DNA of 64,000 nucleotides from Flavobacteriaceae bacterium UBA7302. Its GTDB lineage: Bacteria > Bacteroidota > Bacteroidia > Flavobacteriales > Flavobacteriaceae. Both the position numbers and the translations under genes were made by a program. The notes under the pieces were generated by a model. That model had not been told where the DNA came from and did no database searches. It saw only the letters and a program-made list of their open reading frames with translations. The stretch is from NCBI GenBank assembly GCA_002471825.1, contig DKQS01000011.1, positions 42,712-106,711 on the forward strand, given 5' to 3'. Position 1 is the stretch's first letter, and each line of letters starts with the position of its first letter. Shown piece after piece: positions 37,969-47,896 of this stretch.

Positions 37969-39192
37969 ATGAAAAAATCAATACTTCAATCCTTAGGACC
38001 TGGATTGCTATTTGCGGGTGCAGCAATTGGAGTATCGCATTTGGTACAGTCGACAAAGGCGGGTGCTGAATTCGGATTCGGACTTATTTGGGCTTTGGTA
38101 TTGGCGCATTTGTGCAAGTATCCCTTTTTTCAATTCGGCCCTCGCTACTCAGCAGCAACGGGAGAAACACTTTTAGAAGGGTATCGAAAATTGGGAAAAG
38201 GAGTTCTAGTCGCGTATTTCTTGATCAATTTTGCGACCATGTTTACCATTCAGGCCGCAGTCACCATTGTAACCGCCAGTCTTGCGGTTGAAGTATTTGG
38301 TCTTACCAACGATTTGAGTACCTGGTCCCTTGTTTTGTTAAGCATTAGTATCATTATTCTCATAATTGGTCGCTACAAGCTTTTGGACAATTTGATGAAA
38401 TACATCATCATCACCCTAACCATTAGTACCGTAATTGCCGTGTTTGTGGCTTTCAATAAATCGACCGAAGGCTTTGATGTACAGCAAATCATTCCATCTG
38501 GGACCATAGAAATCACATTTTTGATTGCCTTTTTAGGGTGGATGCCAGCACCTTTGGATGTCTCCATTTGGCATTCCATTTGGTCTATTGAAAAAGACAA
38601 AACCACACTATTCAAAACCAATGTGGATGACGCCTTGTTCGACTTCAACATTGGTTATTTAGGAACCTTATTTGTAGGAATTTGTTTTGTGTTGTTGGGC
38701 GCTTTGGTAATGTATGGATCGGGAGAAATATTCTCTGACAAGGGTGTTGTATTTGCCAATCAGTTGATTCGATTGTACACAGAGAATCTCGGTAGCTTCT
38801 CGACCATTTTTATTGCTGTTGCAGCCTTTACCACCATGTTTAGCACCACAATTACTTCCTTAGATGCTTCACCGAGGGCCATGGCCATTTCTTCGCGTTT
38901 ATTATTCAATAAAACCTGGAAACGCGGCTATTGGTTTTGGATCCTATTCCTAGGTATTGGAACTTATATTATTTTAAATTATCTCTCTGAAAGCATGGGA
39001 GTTATGGTCAAAGTTGCGACAGTAATTTCATTCCTAACCACACCGTTTTTTGCCATTTTAAATTACAAATTAATTACGAGTAAGCATGTACCCGAAGAAT
39101 TCAGGCCCGATACGACACTTCGTATTGCCAGTCTCGTAAGTATTGTGATTCTCATTGGTTTTAGCGGTTGGTTTTTATTCTCTATGTTGTAA
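37969..39192 (+). CDS. NRAMP-like divalent metal transporter
   Basis: LGPGLLFAGAAIGVSHL and GWMPAP motifs; multiple TM helices. Confidence 0.8.
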   Translation: MKKSILQSLGPGLLFAGAAIGVSHLVQSTKAGAEFGFGLIWALVLAHLCKYPFFQFGPRYSAATGETLLEGYRKLGKGVLVAYFLINFATMFTIQAAVTIVTASLAVEVFGLTNDLSTWSLVLLSISIIILIIGRYKLLDNLMKYIIITLTISTVIAVFVAFNKSTEGFDVQQIIPSGTIEITFLIAFLGWMPAPLDVSIWHSIWSIEKDKTTLFKTNVDDALFDFNIGYLGTLFVGICFVLLGALVMYGSGEIFSDKGVVFANQLIRLYTENLGSFSTIFIAVAAFTTMFSTTITSLDASPRAMAISSRLLFNKTWKRGYWFWILFLGIGTYIILNYLSESMGVMVKVATVISFLTTPFFAILNYKLITSKHVPEEFRPDTTLRIASLVSIVILIGFSGWFLFSML

Positions 39193-39276
39193 ATTATAAA
39201 CACCTAACTGATGTCTTTTTTAACTGGTAAAAGATTACCGATTTCTTTGTAAATTTGCATTTGAAAAATTGAATAG

Positions 39277-40146
39277 ATGACGACGGAAACGGCAATTGCA
39301 CCAGAAAGAATTAAAAAACCAAAATGGCTACGCGTAAAATTACCAGTTGGTAAGAAATACACGGAGTTACGCGGATTGGTAGACAAGTACAAACTGAACA
39401 CAATTTGTACAAGTGGTAGTTGTCCGAACATGGGAGAATGTTGGGGCGAAGGAACTGCTACCTTCATGATTTTGGGGAACATTTGTACCCGATCTTGCGG
39501 ATTTTGTGGTGTAAAGACAGGACGTCCAGAAACTGTCGAATGGGATGAACCAGAGAAAGTAGCTCGTTCTATCAAAATTATGGGCATCAAGCATGCGGTG
39601 ATTACTTCGGTAGACCGTGACGACTTGAAAGACGGAGGATCCATCATTTGGGCTGAAACTGTTGAAGCCATCCGAAGAGCAAATCCGAATACCACACTTG
39701 AAACCTTAATCCCTGATTTCCAAGGAAAAACAGCACTGATTGATCGAATTATTGAAGTGCATCCTGAAGTGGTTTCTCACAACATGGAAACGGTAAGAAG
39801 GTTGACCAGAGAAGTTCGAATTCAAGCAAAATACGATAGAAGTTTGGGTGTTTTAAAATACCTAAAGGAAAACGGAATGCGTACCAAGTCTGGTCTTATG
39901 TTAGGTTTGGGAGAAACCGAGGAAGAAGTTATTGAAACCATGAAGGACCTTAGAGGTGTTGGACTGGATGTCATCACGATCGGACAGTACTTACAACCTA
40001 CTAAAAACCATTTACCGGTAAAGGAATTCATCACGCCGGCTCAGTTTAAGAAATACGAAGAAATCGGATTGGAAATGGGCTTTATGTATGTAGAGAGCGG
40101 TTCCTTGGTTCGTTCTTCCTACAAAGCGCACAAACACGCGAGCTAG
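39277..40146 (+). CDS. lipA: Lipoyl synthase
   Basis: [20 protein letters not shown] and RSSY motifs. Confidence 0.97.
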   Translation: MTTETAIAPERIKKPKWLRVKLPVGKKYTELRGLVDKYKLNTICTSGSCPNMGECWGEGTATFMILGNICTRSCGFCGVKTGRPETVEWDEPEKVARSIKIMGIKHAVITSVDRDDLKDGGSIIWAETVEAIRRANPNTTLETLIPDFQGKTALIDRIIEVHPEVVSHNMETVRRLTREVRIQAKYDRSLGVLKYLKENGMRTKSGLMLGLGETEEEVIETMKDLRGVGLDVITIGQYLQPTKNHLPVKEFITPAQFKKYEEIGLEMGFMYVESGSLVRSSYKAHKHAS

Positions 40147-40181
40147 TTAAAGTTTTGTGAATAAAAATACCAATTCAAATT

Positions 40182-40196
40182 TGGCACAAGTATTGA
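40182..40196 (+). promoter_or_regulatory. Sigma54-type -24/-12 promoter TGGCACAAGTATTGA
   Basis: GG and TTG at exact consensus spacing; the -12 position is A rather than C. Confidence 0.55.
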
Positions 40197-40207
40197 AGTT
40201 AGGTGGG

Positions 40208-40294
40208 TAATTACCATTTAATTGTTTTCATTGTGTAATTAATTTGAATTATTTGATTAAAAGTAAGCCACCTATCAAGGTGGTTTTCTTTTTT
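40208..40294 (+). ncRNA. Candidate ~85-nt small RNA
   Basis: Bounded by the sigma54-like promoter and a terminator; contains no + strand ORF. Confidence 0.4.
40265..40294 (+). terminator. Intrinsic terminator
   Basis: AAGCCACC-tatcaa-GGTGGTTT followed by a U-tract. Confidence 0.75.
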
Positions 40295-40305
40295 ATATTT
40301 GACAC

Positions 40306-40794
40306 ATGAAGAAAACGTTCACCTTCCTCCTATTTTTAATATCATGCAACCTAGTCGGACAAGGACTCTTTGTACCTGCGGAAGTTGCTTCAGACGACTT
40401 AAAAGCTGCTTTTATTAAAAGTAATTACAAAATGAATATCATTCATTCCTACCTTATTGCGAACTACAGGGTAGCCTCCGGGAATCCAATGACAAAAAAG
40501 TTGGGTAAAGAGAAATGCAAGTATCGAAGGCAGTTCAAGCCAAACATCGTGTATAAGATGAATGATTGCGAGGAAGGAAAAGGCAGCTTTGAAACAGTTA
40601 TTTTCCCGAAAGCGGCAATGAACAATTTAAAAAAATGGGTAGAACAAATTTATCGGACGCAACCCATGGAAATTAAAAATATTTGGTATCCAGGTACCAC
40701 GGAATACGGACCGGAACCCAGACAAGAAGGTTGCTACTATAAAATCCTTCAAGAAGAAGACCGAAGTGTTATTGAAATTTGGTGTGGTTCCTAA
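40306..40794 (+). CDS. Secreted hypothetical protein
   Basis: Signal peptide; 162 aa with several Cys. Confidence 0.7.
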   Translation: MKKTFTFLLFLISCNLVGQGLFVPAEVASDDLKAAFIKSNYKMNIIHSYLIANYRVASGNPMTKKLGKEKCKYRRQFKPNIVYKMNDCEEGKGSFETVIFPKAAMNNLKKWVEQIYRTQPMEIKNIWYPGTTEYGPEPRQEGCYYKILQEEDRSVIEIWCGS

Positions 40795-40797
40795 AAT

Positions 40798-42174
40798 CTA
40801 GATGGCACTAATAATATCATACTTGGTGATGATATGGTGCTTACCTTCCCCAAGATCTACCAAGACTGCCTGGTTTTCCTTGGTAATCAAACGCGAAACC
40901 TTGTCAATGGAAGCCTCTTTCGTTACAACAGGATAGGCCGCTCCCATGATATCTTTGATTGGTTTTTCAGCTATTGCCTTGTCTTCAATAAAGTAAGATA
41001 GTAACACAGACTCATCAATTGATCCCACAAAACCATTGATATCTTCAACGGGAATCTGAGAGATTTTGTATTTGCGCATGCGTTCAATGGCATGTGAAAC
41101 TAGCTCCTCTGTCTTTACCGTTACTAAATGTTTGTTGGAATGGTTCGATACCAAATCTTCTGCTGTGGTTACCTCATCATCTAGAAATCCTCGATCGCGC
41201 ATCCAATCGTCATTGTACATTTTTCCAACATAACGACTTCCGTGATCGTGCAAAAGAACTACAACAACATCGTCTTTGGTGAAGTGATCTTTTAACTGTA
41301 GCAATCCTTTCACGGCTGCTCCACAAGAGTTTCCAGCAAAAATACCTTCTTGCTTGGCTAATTTTCTAGTGTAAATTGCGGCATCTTTATCGGTGACTTT
41401 GGTAAATCCGTCAATCACTGAAAAATCAACATTTTCGGGTAAAATATCTTCACCAATACCTTCGGTGATGTACGGATAGATTTCATTTTCATCAAAAATA
41501 CCCGTCTCGTGATATTTTTTAAAAACCGATCCATAGGTATCAATACCCCAGATTTTAATATCTGGATTCTGTTCTTTTAAAAATTTGGCTGTTCCTGAGA
41601 TTGTACCTCCAGTTCCAACTCCTACAACAAAGTGCGTGATTTTACCATCGGTTTGTTTCCAGATTTCTGGACCCGTTTGCTCATAATGAGCCGTGGCATT
41701 GCTCGGATTATCATATTGATTTACGTACCAGGAATTCGGAGTTTCTTCTCCCAATCGCTTCGATACTGAATAATAAGATCTCGGATCATCTGGTTCTACC
41801 GCCGTCGGACAAACAATGACTTCTGCCCCTACCGCTTTTAGAATGTCTACCTTTTCTTTGGATTGCTTGTCATTGGTTACAAAAATACATTTGTATCCCT
41901 TTACAATGGCAGCAAGGGCTAAGCCCATACCGGTATTCCCTGAAGTTCCTTCAATAATGGTACCTCCTGGTTTTAATCGGCCATCTGCCTCAGCATCTTC
42001 AACCATTTTTACAGCCATTCGGTCTTTTACCGAATTTCCAGGGTTGAAGGATTCGACTTTTGCCAATACCAAGGCATCTATTTCCTTAGTAATTGAGTTC
42101 AATTTTACCAAAGGTGTGTTCCCTATGGTTTCAAGAATATTGTTACAATAATCCATAAGCTCTTTTGATGGCAC
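40798..42174 (-). CDS. Cystathionine beta-synthase family protein (PLP domain plus CBS pair)
   Basis: IGNTPLV, NPGNSVKDR, TSGNTG, GVGTGGT and EGIG motifs; C-terminal CBS domains. The start may be MDYCN. Confidence 0.92.
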   Translation of the reverse strand: MPSKELMDYCNNILETIGNTPLVKLNSITKEIDALVLAKVESFNPGNSVKDRMAVKMVEDAEADGRLKPGGTIIEGTSGNTGMGLALAAIVKGYKCIFVTNDKQSKEKVDILKAVGAEVIVCPTAVEPDDPRSYYSVSKRLGEETPNSWYVNQYDNPSNATAHYEQTGPEIWKQTDGKITHFVVGVGTGGTISGTAKFLKEQNPDIKIWGIDTYGSVFKKYHETGIFDENEIYPYITEGIGEDILPENVDFSVIDGFTKVTDKDAAIYTRKLAKQEGIFAGNSCGAAVKGLLQLKDHFTKDDVVVVLLHDHGSRYVGKMYNDDWMRDRGFLDDEVTTAEDLVSNHSNKHLVTVKTEELVSHAIERMRKYKISQIPVEDINGFVGSIDESVLLSYFIEDKAIAEKPIKDIMGAAYPVVTKEASIDKVSRLITKENQAVLVDLGEGKHHIITKYDIISAI

Positions 42175-42228
42175 AAAGATACTTTAATAATTCATTTTGG
42201 AATTATGGAATGGAAAAGTATTTCTGCT

Positions 42229-43197
42229 CTAGGTCAGCCCAATCACCCACAAATAAAGTGGTAGTCCAAGTGTAATATTGAACGGGAATGTAATCGCCAA
42301 AGCCATGGGAACATACAATCCTGGATTCGCTCTCGGTGCCGCCAATTTCATAGCTGCTGGTACCGCAATATAAGAGGCACTCGCGGCCAAAATAGACATC
42401 AACAAGCGATTACCTGGCTCTTCAATGAACAATCCGCTTATTACAGCAACCGTACATCCATTTATGATTGGGATGATTAAAGAAAAAGAAAGTGTGAACC
42501 ACCCCTTCTTCACCAAAGCCTTTACTTCTCTACCACTAGTGATTCCCATATCTAGTAGGAATACCGCTAAGAATCCTTTAAAAATGTCGGTAGTAAAAGG
42601 TTTAATCCCTTCAGCTTGTGCGTCGTTGGCAAGGTAGCCAATTAGCAAACTTCCTAGAATCAGTAGTACACTTCCGTTGGTTAACGAATGGTGAATGATG
42701 TGTTTGAAATTGGTCTTTTTCTTTTTACCATTTTTCTTGTTGTAAATGGAAATCAGAAGTACACCAATAATAATAGATGGTGCTTCCATCAATGCCATCA
42801 CCGCTACCATGTGTCCGCCAAAAGGAATGTTAGATAATTCCAAGAAAGAAATAGTAGTTACAAAAGTTACCGCACTTACTGATCCGTAAGCCGCTGCAAT
42901 TGCTCCAGAATTTTCAACACTGAGTCGCATTCGAAGAATGTAATAACAATATACCGGGACCATTAATGCCAAGAATACTCCGAAGAATAAGGACCAAATG
43001 ATTTCATCCGTAATGGCACTATGGGAAAGCTCTTGCCCCCCTTTAAATCCGATGGATAATAGTAGGTATAAGGAAATAAACTTGGACGAATTCGGCGGTA
43101 TCTCAAGGTCACTTTTTACATTGACAGCAATTAGGCCTAGAAAGAAAAATAATAGAGCGGGATTTGTTAAATTGTCGATTAAGTAATGTAAATCCAT
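42229..43197 (-). CDS. Sodium-dependent bicarbonate transporter family permease (SbtA-like)
   Basis: YLLLSIGFKGG, AAAYGSVSAVTF, LLDMG, ASASYIAVPA and LAITFPFNI motifs. Confidence 0.9.
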   Translation of the reverse strand: MDLHYLIDNLTNPALLFFFLGLIAVNVKSDLEIPPNSSKFISLYLLLSIGFKGGQELSHSAITDEIIWSLFFGVFLALMVPVYCYYILRMRLSVENSGAIAAAYGSVSAVTFVTTISFLELSNIPFGGHMVAVMALMEAPSIIIGVLLISIYNKKNGKKKKTNFKHIIHHSLTNGSVLLILGSLLIGYLANDAQAEGIKPFTTDIFKGFLAVFLLDMGITSGREVKALVKKGWFTLSFSLIIPIINGCTVAVISGLFIEEPGNRLLMSILAASASYIAVPAAMKLAAPRANPGLYVPMALAITFPFNITLGLPLYLWVIGLT

Positions 43198-43276
43198 GAT
43201 AAAAATTTGACACAAAAAAAGCAGGCGATTTACAAATCTAAATTCGTACTTCCCTACTTATATGTGAGATATTTTC

Positions 43277-43600
43277 CTATTCTACAGTGATGTGAATCGT
43301 GCTTGAAATATTGATGTTATATCCTTCTGATTCAATGGCTTTCAAAAACTCTTTGGTTTTGTTCTTGTCAGAAATCAATTCGAGAATTCGCGAATTATCA
43401 AACATACATTCATCATTGATGTTTCCTTCTGTTTTTGCCAATCGTTGAAGCTTGTGGAAATTAATCTTAACGTCCATGACGTCATTGAGAATGTTCAAAG
43501 CTTCCCTTTTGTTAAATCTTCCTTCAATCAATTTAACTTCTGCTGTTAAATTCTTTGATTCGTTAGCCGTGTTTTCTTTTTTAGATACTGTGTTATTCAT
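43277..43600 (-). CDS. Hypothetical protein
   Basis: 107-aa ORF in an operon with the sbtA-like gene; LIEGxF..EA..IL..KINFH motif. Confidence 0.75.
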   Translation of the reverse strand: MNNTVSKKENTANESKNLTAEVKLIEGRFNKREALNILNDVMDVKINFHKLQRLAKTEGNINDECMFDNSRILELISDKNKTKEFLKAIESEGYNINISSTIHITVE

Positions 43601-43892
43601 TGGATGGTGTGTTTTGTGATCTGATGCTACCTAAAGCTTTAATAAATGTTACTAATACAAGAACTGAAGTTCCGCCTATCAAGTGTGTAAAATATTCACT
43701 TCCAGTCATGTATGTATAAATAGTTAGACCTATTGAAAGAAGTAACAAAGCAATCAAAGCCACATCTCTAAACCCTAACTCACTAATTTTGATGTAGTTA
43801 TCACTACTTTTCAAATTTTTTTCCTTTACATTTTCTAAAATAACTTGACGCATGTAATTAGTTTTTTTTGCAAAGATCATAGGTTTTATCAA
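43593..43892 (-). CDS. Hypothetical two-TM protein
   Basis: Overlaps the next gene by 8 nt; the true start may be MRQVILE. Confidence 0.6.
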   Translation of the reverse strand: MIKPMIFAKKTNYMRQVILENVKEKNLKSSDNYIKISELGFRDVALIALLLLSIGLTIYTYMTGSEYFTHLIGGTSVLVLVTFIKALGSIRSQNTPSNE

Positions 43893-43936
43893 TATATTTT
43901 TATTTATATTTATTATGTATTTTATTAATTATTTTT

Positions 43937-44863
43937 ATGAATTACACTTTACACCAATTAGAGATCTTCAGAAAGATTGCCGAAGTAAAAAGCGTTACCA
44001 AAGCTTCGGAAGAATTGTTCCTCACACAGCCAGCGGTTTCCATTCAATTGAAAAATTTTCAGGAGCAATTCAAACTGCCCTTGTTTGAAATTGTTGGAAG
44101 GAAATTATACATCACAGAATTCGGAGCAGAAATTGCTGAAGCAGCCAACAAAATTTTAAACGAAGTTGAATCCATAAACTATAAATCGGCTTTATTTGAA
44201 GGCAAGCTCGCTGGGAAACTAAAGATTGCTATTGTATCTACAGCCAAATATGCCATGCCCTATTTTCTAAGTGGGTTTGTAAAGGAAAATGAAATGGTAG
44301 ATGTCATAATGGATGTGACCAACAAGTCATCGGTCATCAAAAGTTTGGAGAACAACGACTGTGATTTTGCAATGGTGTCCACCATCCCCAAAAAGTTAAA
44401 AATCGAGCGCATCGAATTGATGGAAAACAAATTGTTCCTGGTTGCTCAAAAAGGTTATTTTAAATCCAACTCACCTGTCCGGAAAAAAGACTTGGAAAAC
44501 TTTCTTTTTATTTTTCGCGAAAAAGGGTCTGCAACTCGATTGGCCATGGAAAATTACTTGCTCAAAAACAATATTAAGGTGAATCGTAAAATGGAATTGA
44601 CTTCCAATGAAGCCATTAAACAAGCAATTTTAGCGGGACTAGGGGTTTCCATCATGTCTTCAATCGGATTGAGAAATTCCTTGGAAAAAGAGGAGCTCGA
44701 AATCATTCCCTTATCAAAACTTCCAATTATCACCAACTGGAACTTAATTTGGTTAAAATCAAAAAATCTTTCAAGAGTTGCCAAAGCCTTCAAAGACCAC
44801 ATCGACACCAACAAAGAGGAAATTATGGATACCCACTTTGAATGGTACAAGAGTATTCACTAG
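43937..44863 (+). CDS. LysR-family transcriptional regulator (CbbR/CysL-like)
   Basis: MNYTLHQLEIF...SVTKASEELFLTQPAVSIQLK HTH; REKGSATR and SNEAIKQA motifs. Confidence 0.93.
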   Translation: MNYTLHQLEIFRKIAEVKSVTKASEELFLTQPAVSIQLKNFQEQFKLPLFEIVGRKLYITEFGAEIAEAANKILNEVESINYKSALFEGKLAGKLKIAIVSTAKYAMPYFLSGFVKENEMVDVIMDVTNKSSVIKSLENNDCDFAMVSTIPKKLKIERIELMENKLFLVAQKGYFKSNSPVRKKDLENFLFIFREKGSATRLAMENYLLKNNIKVNRKMELTSNEAIKQAILAGLGVSIMSSIGLRNSLEKEELEIIPLSKLPIITNWNLIWLKSKNLSRVAKAFKDHIDTNKEEIMDTHFEWYKSIH

Positions 44864-46095
44864 GCAAACTTAATGGCCTTGGTAGGCTCTACTTTCGAAA
44901 TGATGTAGGACGGTATGATCAACATCAATACACATAGAATTAAGGTACCGAGATTCAAATACAACCATTGTGTAAATGTGATATGAACAGGCATCACGGA
45001 AACATAATAAGTTTCCGGATCGAGTTTGATGACTTCAAAAAAGTACTGCAACCCAAGAAGGCCGAGTCCAATGATATTTCCCCAAATCAATCCACGGATA
45101 ATCAAATGAGAGGCATTGTACAGGAATATTTTTCGAATGCTAGTATTGCTACTTCCCATGGCCTTTAGTATCCCAATTAATTGGACTTTCTCAAGAATTA
45201 ATACCAGCATTGCTGAAATCATGTTAACCCCCGCAACGATGATCATTAAAGCGATGATGAACCAAACATTGTTATCGAATAATTGAATCCACTCAAAGAT
45301 TCCAGGATAACTTTCGGCAATGGTTTTACTGTTTAAAGTCACACCAATTTGCTGGTAAATTTCACTGCCCTTTTCAGACAACTCGTCAAAATCGTCAATC
45401 AAGACTTCGAATCCGCCCACCTGATTGTCATTCCAACGATTCAACCGTTGTACCTCACGCAAATCGCCAATCATCATGGTATTGTCAAATTGGGTGAAAC
45501 CTGTATTATAAATTCCCACAACGATATACCTCCTGTTCGAAGGAAGTTTACTAGTGGTAGATTTCACAAAGGTTGCTAAAATGGTATCTCCGACTTGTAG
45601 AGAAAGCCTTTTGGCAATTTGATTGGATAACAAAACTTCCCGATTTCGTTCTTGTATAAAATTTGGAATACCTCCTTCAACCAAATATTCTTTGAAAAAT
45701 GTCCAATCATAATCGGTCGAAACACCTTTAAAGATGATACCTTCAAAATCAGTTTCGGTACGGAGAATTCCGCCTTTGCTCGCAACGGCCTGAACATTCT
45801 TAATTCCGTCGATATTCTGAAAATTGGGATAAAACTTTTGATTTTTATCAATCGGAACGGTGGATACTTCGGAGTTATTGGTATCGTAATTGGTAATTTG
45901 AACATGACCTTTGAAACCCGCCATCTTATCGCGAATCTTATATTGAAGTCCAGTGCTGGTAGCAACAGCAACAAGCATGATAAGAATTCCCAAAGCAATC
46001 GCAGTAATCGCTATTTTTATTATTGGCGTTGAAATACTACTTTTATGATTCCGACCTGTAATCAGGCGTTTTGCAATAAATAATTCGTAGTTCAA
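44860..46095 (-). CDS. LolC/E-type (FtsX family) ABC transporter permease
   Basis: ELFIAKRL, LVLILEK...IGILKAMG and LDPETYY motifs. Confidence 0.9.
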   Translation of the reverse strand: MNYELFIAKRLITGRNHKSSISTPIIKIAITAIALGILIMLVAVATSTGLQYKIRDKMAGFKGHVQITNYDTNNSEVSTVPIDKNQKFYPNFQNIDGIKNVQAVASKGGILRTETDFEGIIFKGVSTDYDWTFFKEYLVEGGIPNFIQERNREVLLSNQIAKRLSLQVGDTILATFVKSTTSKLPSNRRYIVVGIYNTGFTQFDNTMMIGDLREVQRLNRWNDNQVGGFEVLIDDFDELSEKGSEIYQQIGVTLNSKTIAESYPGIFEWIQLFDNNVWFIIALMIIVAGVNMISAMLVLILEKVQLIGILKAMGSSNTSIRKIFLYNASHLIIRGLIWGNIIGLGLLGLQYFFEVIKLDPETYYVSVMPVHITFTQWLYLNLGTLILCVLMLIIPSYIISKVEPTKAIKFA

Positions 46096-46098
46096 TTC

Positions 46099-47310
46099 AT
46101 GATCAATTTAAGGCCTATCAAAAGTACATATTTATTCCTAGTCGTTTTGCTGTTTTTTCAATTTACCGCTTGCGCTCAGAAAAAAACAGAAACCAAGGAT
46201 CATTCGAATTCGAGCACGATTGTTACTGCTTCCAACAGGGTGAATGACTACCTCCAACTTCTTTCCAATAAAAAAGTAGCGGTTGTGGCCAATCAAACCT
46301 CAGTCATCTTCCAGAAAGAAGGACATACTCATCTGGTTGACAGCTTATTGGAGCTTAACGTAAAGGTGTCAAAGGTATTTGCTCCTGAACATGGGTTTAG
46401 AGGAAAAGCAGATGCTGGTGAGATGGTAAAAGATGGTACCGATTCTAAGACTGGTCTGCCCATTATCTCATTATATGGGAAAAACAAAAAACCATCTAAA
46501 GCGCAATTACAAGATGTTGAAATCATCCTATTTGATATTCAAGATGTTGGAGCTCGATTCTACACATACCTATCCACCTTGCATTATGTGATGGAGGCGG
46601 CCGCCGAAGTGAAAATTCCCGTTGTTGTTTTGGATCGACCGAATCCGAATGGCCATTACATTGATGGTCCAGTTTTAGAGGAAAAACACAAGAGTTTTGT
46701 GGGACTTCATCCAGTTCCTGTGGTATACGGAATGACCATTGGTGAGTACGCACAAATGATCAATGGTGAAGGATGGCTAAAAAATCAAATACAATGCGAT
46801 TTGACAGTGATTCCACTAAATAATTACAATCATGATTCGGTTTACGAATTGCCAATCAAACCTTCTCCCAACTTACCGAATGCTAAAAGCATCAACTTAT
46901 ACCCGAGTTTGTGTTTTTTTGAGGGAACCAATGTCAGTGCAGGACGTGGAACTGAAATGCAATTTCAAATCTATGGGAGTCCGTATTTGAATGAAACAAA
47001 ATTTTCATTTACACCTCGACCCAATGAAGGTAGTAAATATCCGAAACACCAAGGAAAGGAATGCTTTGGAGAGGATTTAAGAAACTACAACCAATTAAAC
47101 AAATTGAATTTACAATGGTTGCAAAAGGCTTACAGTCAGAATAATACGAAAGGATCATTCTTCAATTCCTTCTTTGTAAAACTTGCTGGCACTGAAAATT
47201 TAGAAGCACAAATTGCCAAGGGATTGACGGAAAAGGAAATTCGAAAGTCTTGGGCTCCAGGATTGAAAAAGTTCCGAAATATTAGAGCAAAGTATTTACT
47301 TTATGAATAG
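46099..47310 (+). CDS. Exo-beta-N-acetylmuramidase NamZ / DUF1343 family
   Basis: FAPEHGFRG, SLYG, FDIQDVGARFYTY, DRPNP, GMTIGE and PSPNL motifs. Confidence 0.9.
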   Translation: MINLRPIKSTYLFLVVLLFFQFTACAQKKTETKDHSNSSTIVTASNRVNDYLQLLSNKKVAVVANQTSVIFQKEGHTHLVDSLLELNVKVSKVFAPEHGFRGKADAGEMVKDGTDSKTGLPIISLYGKNKKPSKAQLQDVEIILFDIQDVGARFYTYLSTLHYVMEAAAEVKIPVVVLDRPNPNGHYIDGPVLEEKHKSFVGLHPVPVVYGMTIGEYAQMINGEGWLKNQIQCDLTVIPLNNYNHDSVYELPIKPSPNLPNAKSINLYPSLCFFEGTNVSAGRGTEMQFQIYGSPYLNETKFSFTPRPNEGSKYPKHQGKECFGEDLRNYNQLNKLNLQWLQKAYSQNNTKGSFFNSFFVKLAGTENLEAQIAKGLTEKEIRKSWAPGLKKFRNIRAKYLLYE

Positions 47311-47811
47311 TTAACTAACAGGTAGTTTTTTCTTCAAGGCCTCAATGATATTATAAGTAGCAGGGCAAATTTCAGTGTTTTTGATGGTCAGATTGGCCAA
47401 TTGAATGAATTTTCTTCGATTGGTATGGGGGTACTCGGCACAGGCCTTGGGTCGAACGTCATAAATGAAACAAGTATTATCCGCTTCATTCAAAAAAGTA
47501 CAGGGAGCACTTTTTAACACCATAAAATCGTCGGAATCGCGCTGCAAATAGGTGTCTGTGAAATCAGAAACCTTCATCTTTAAAAACTTAGAGATTCGTT
47601 CGATATCTTTATCCGTGAAAATCGGACTTGTGGTTTTACAGCAATTCGCACAGGTCAAACAATCGGTCCTCGAAAACTCTTCTTCGTGAAGATCTTGCAT
47701 CACATAATCCAAGTTCTTTGGAGTTCTTTTCTTGAGCTTGGCAAAGTACTTTTTATTTTCTCGCTGCTTTTCTTTTGCTAATCTTGGTAAGTTTTCGAGA
47801 CTCGGATTCAT
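47311..47811 (-). CDS. YkgJ-family cysteine-cluster (CxxCxxCC) protein
   Basis: CLTCANCC and CFIYDVRPKACAEYP motifs. Confidence 0.88.
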   Translation of the reverse strand: MNPSLENLPRLAKEKQRENKKYFAKLKKRTPKNLDYVMQDLHEEEFSRTDCLTCANCCKTTSPIFTDKDIERISKFLKMKVSDFTDTYLQRDSDDFMVLKSAPCTFLNEADNTCFIYDVRPKACAEYPHTNRRKFIQLANLTIKNTEICPATYNIIEALKKKLPVS

Positions 47812-47896
47812 ATTGCAAAAATAGAAATATGCTTACTGAATTTGGGCCTTTAAGCGAAATAAAATTTGTAATTTCGCCGACCAGAATAATCACGTC

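Noticed and set aside
39204-39695. 163-aa minus-strand ORF opposite lipA, and similar shadow ORFs (e.g. 24182-24604, 45576-45998, 21385-21741, 31138-31458)
   Set aside because: They lie antisense to or out of frame within well-supported genes and have no recognisable motifs.
40211-40231. Minus-strand micro-ORF MKTIKW*
   Set aside because: Only 6 codons, and the promoter and terminator signals point to the + strand. Treated as the antisense face of the candidate sRNA.
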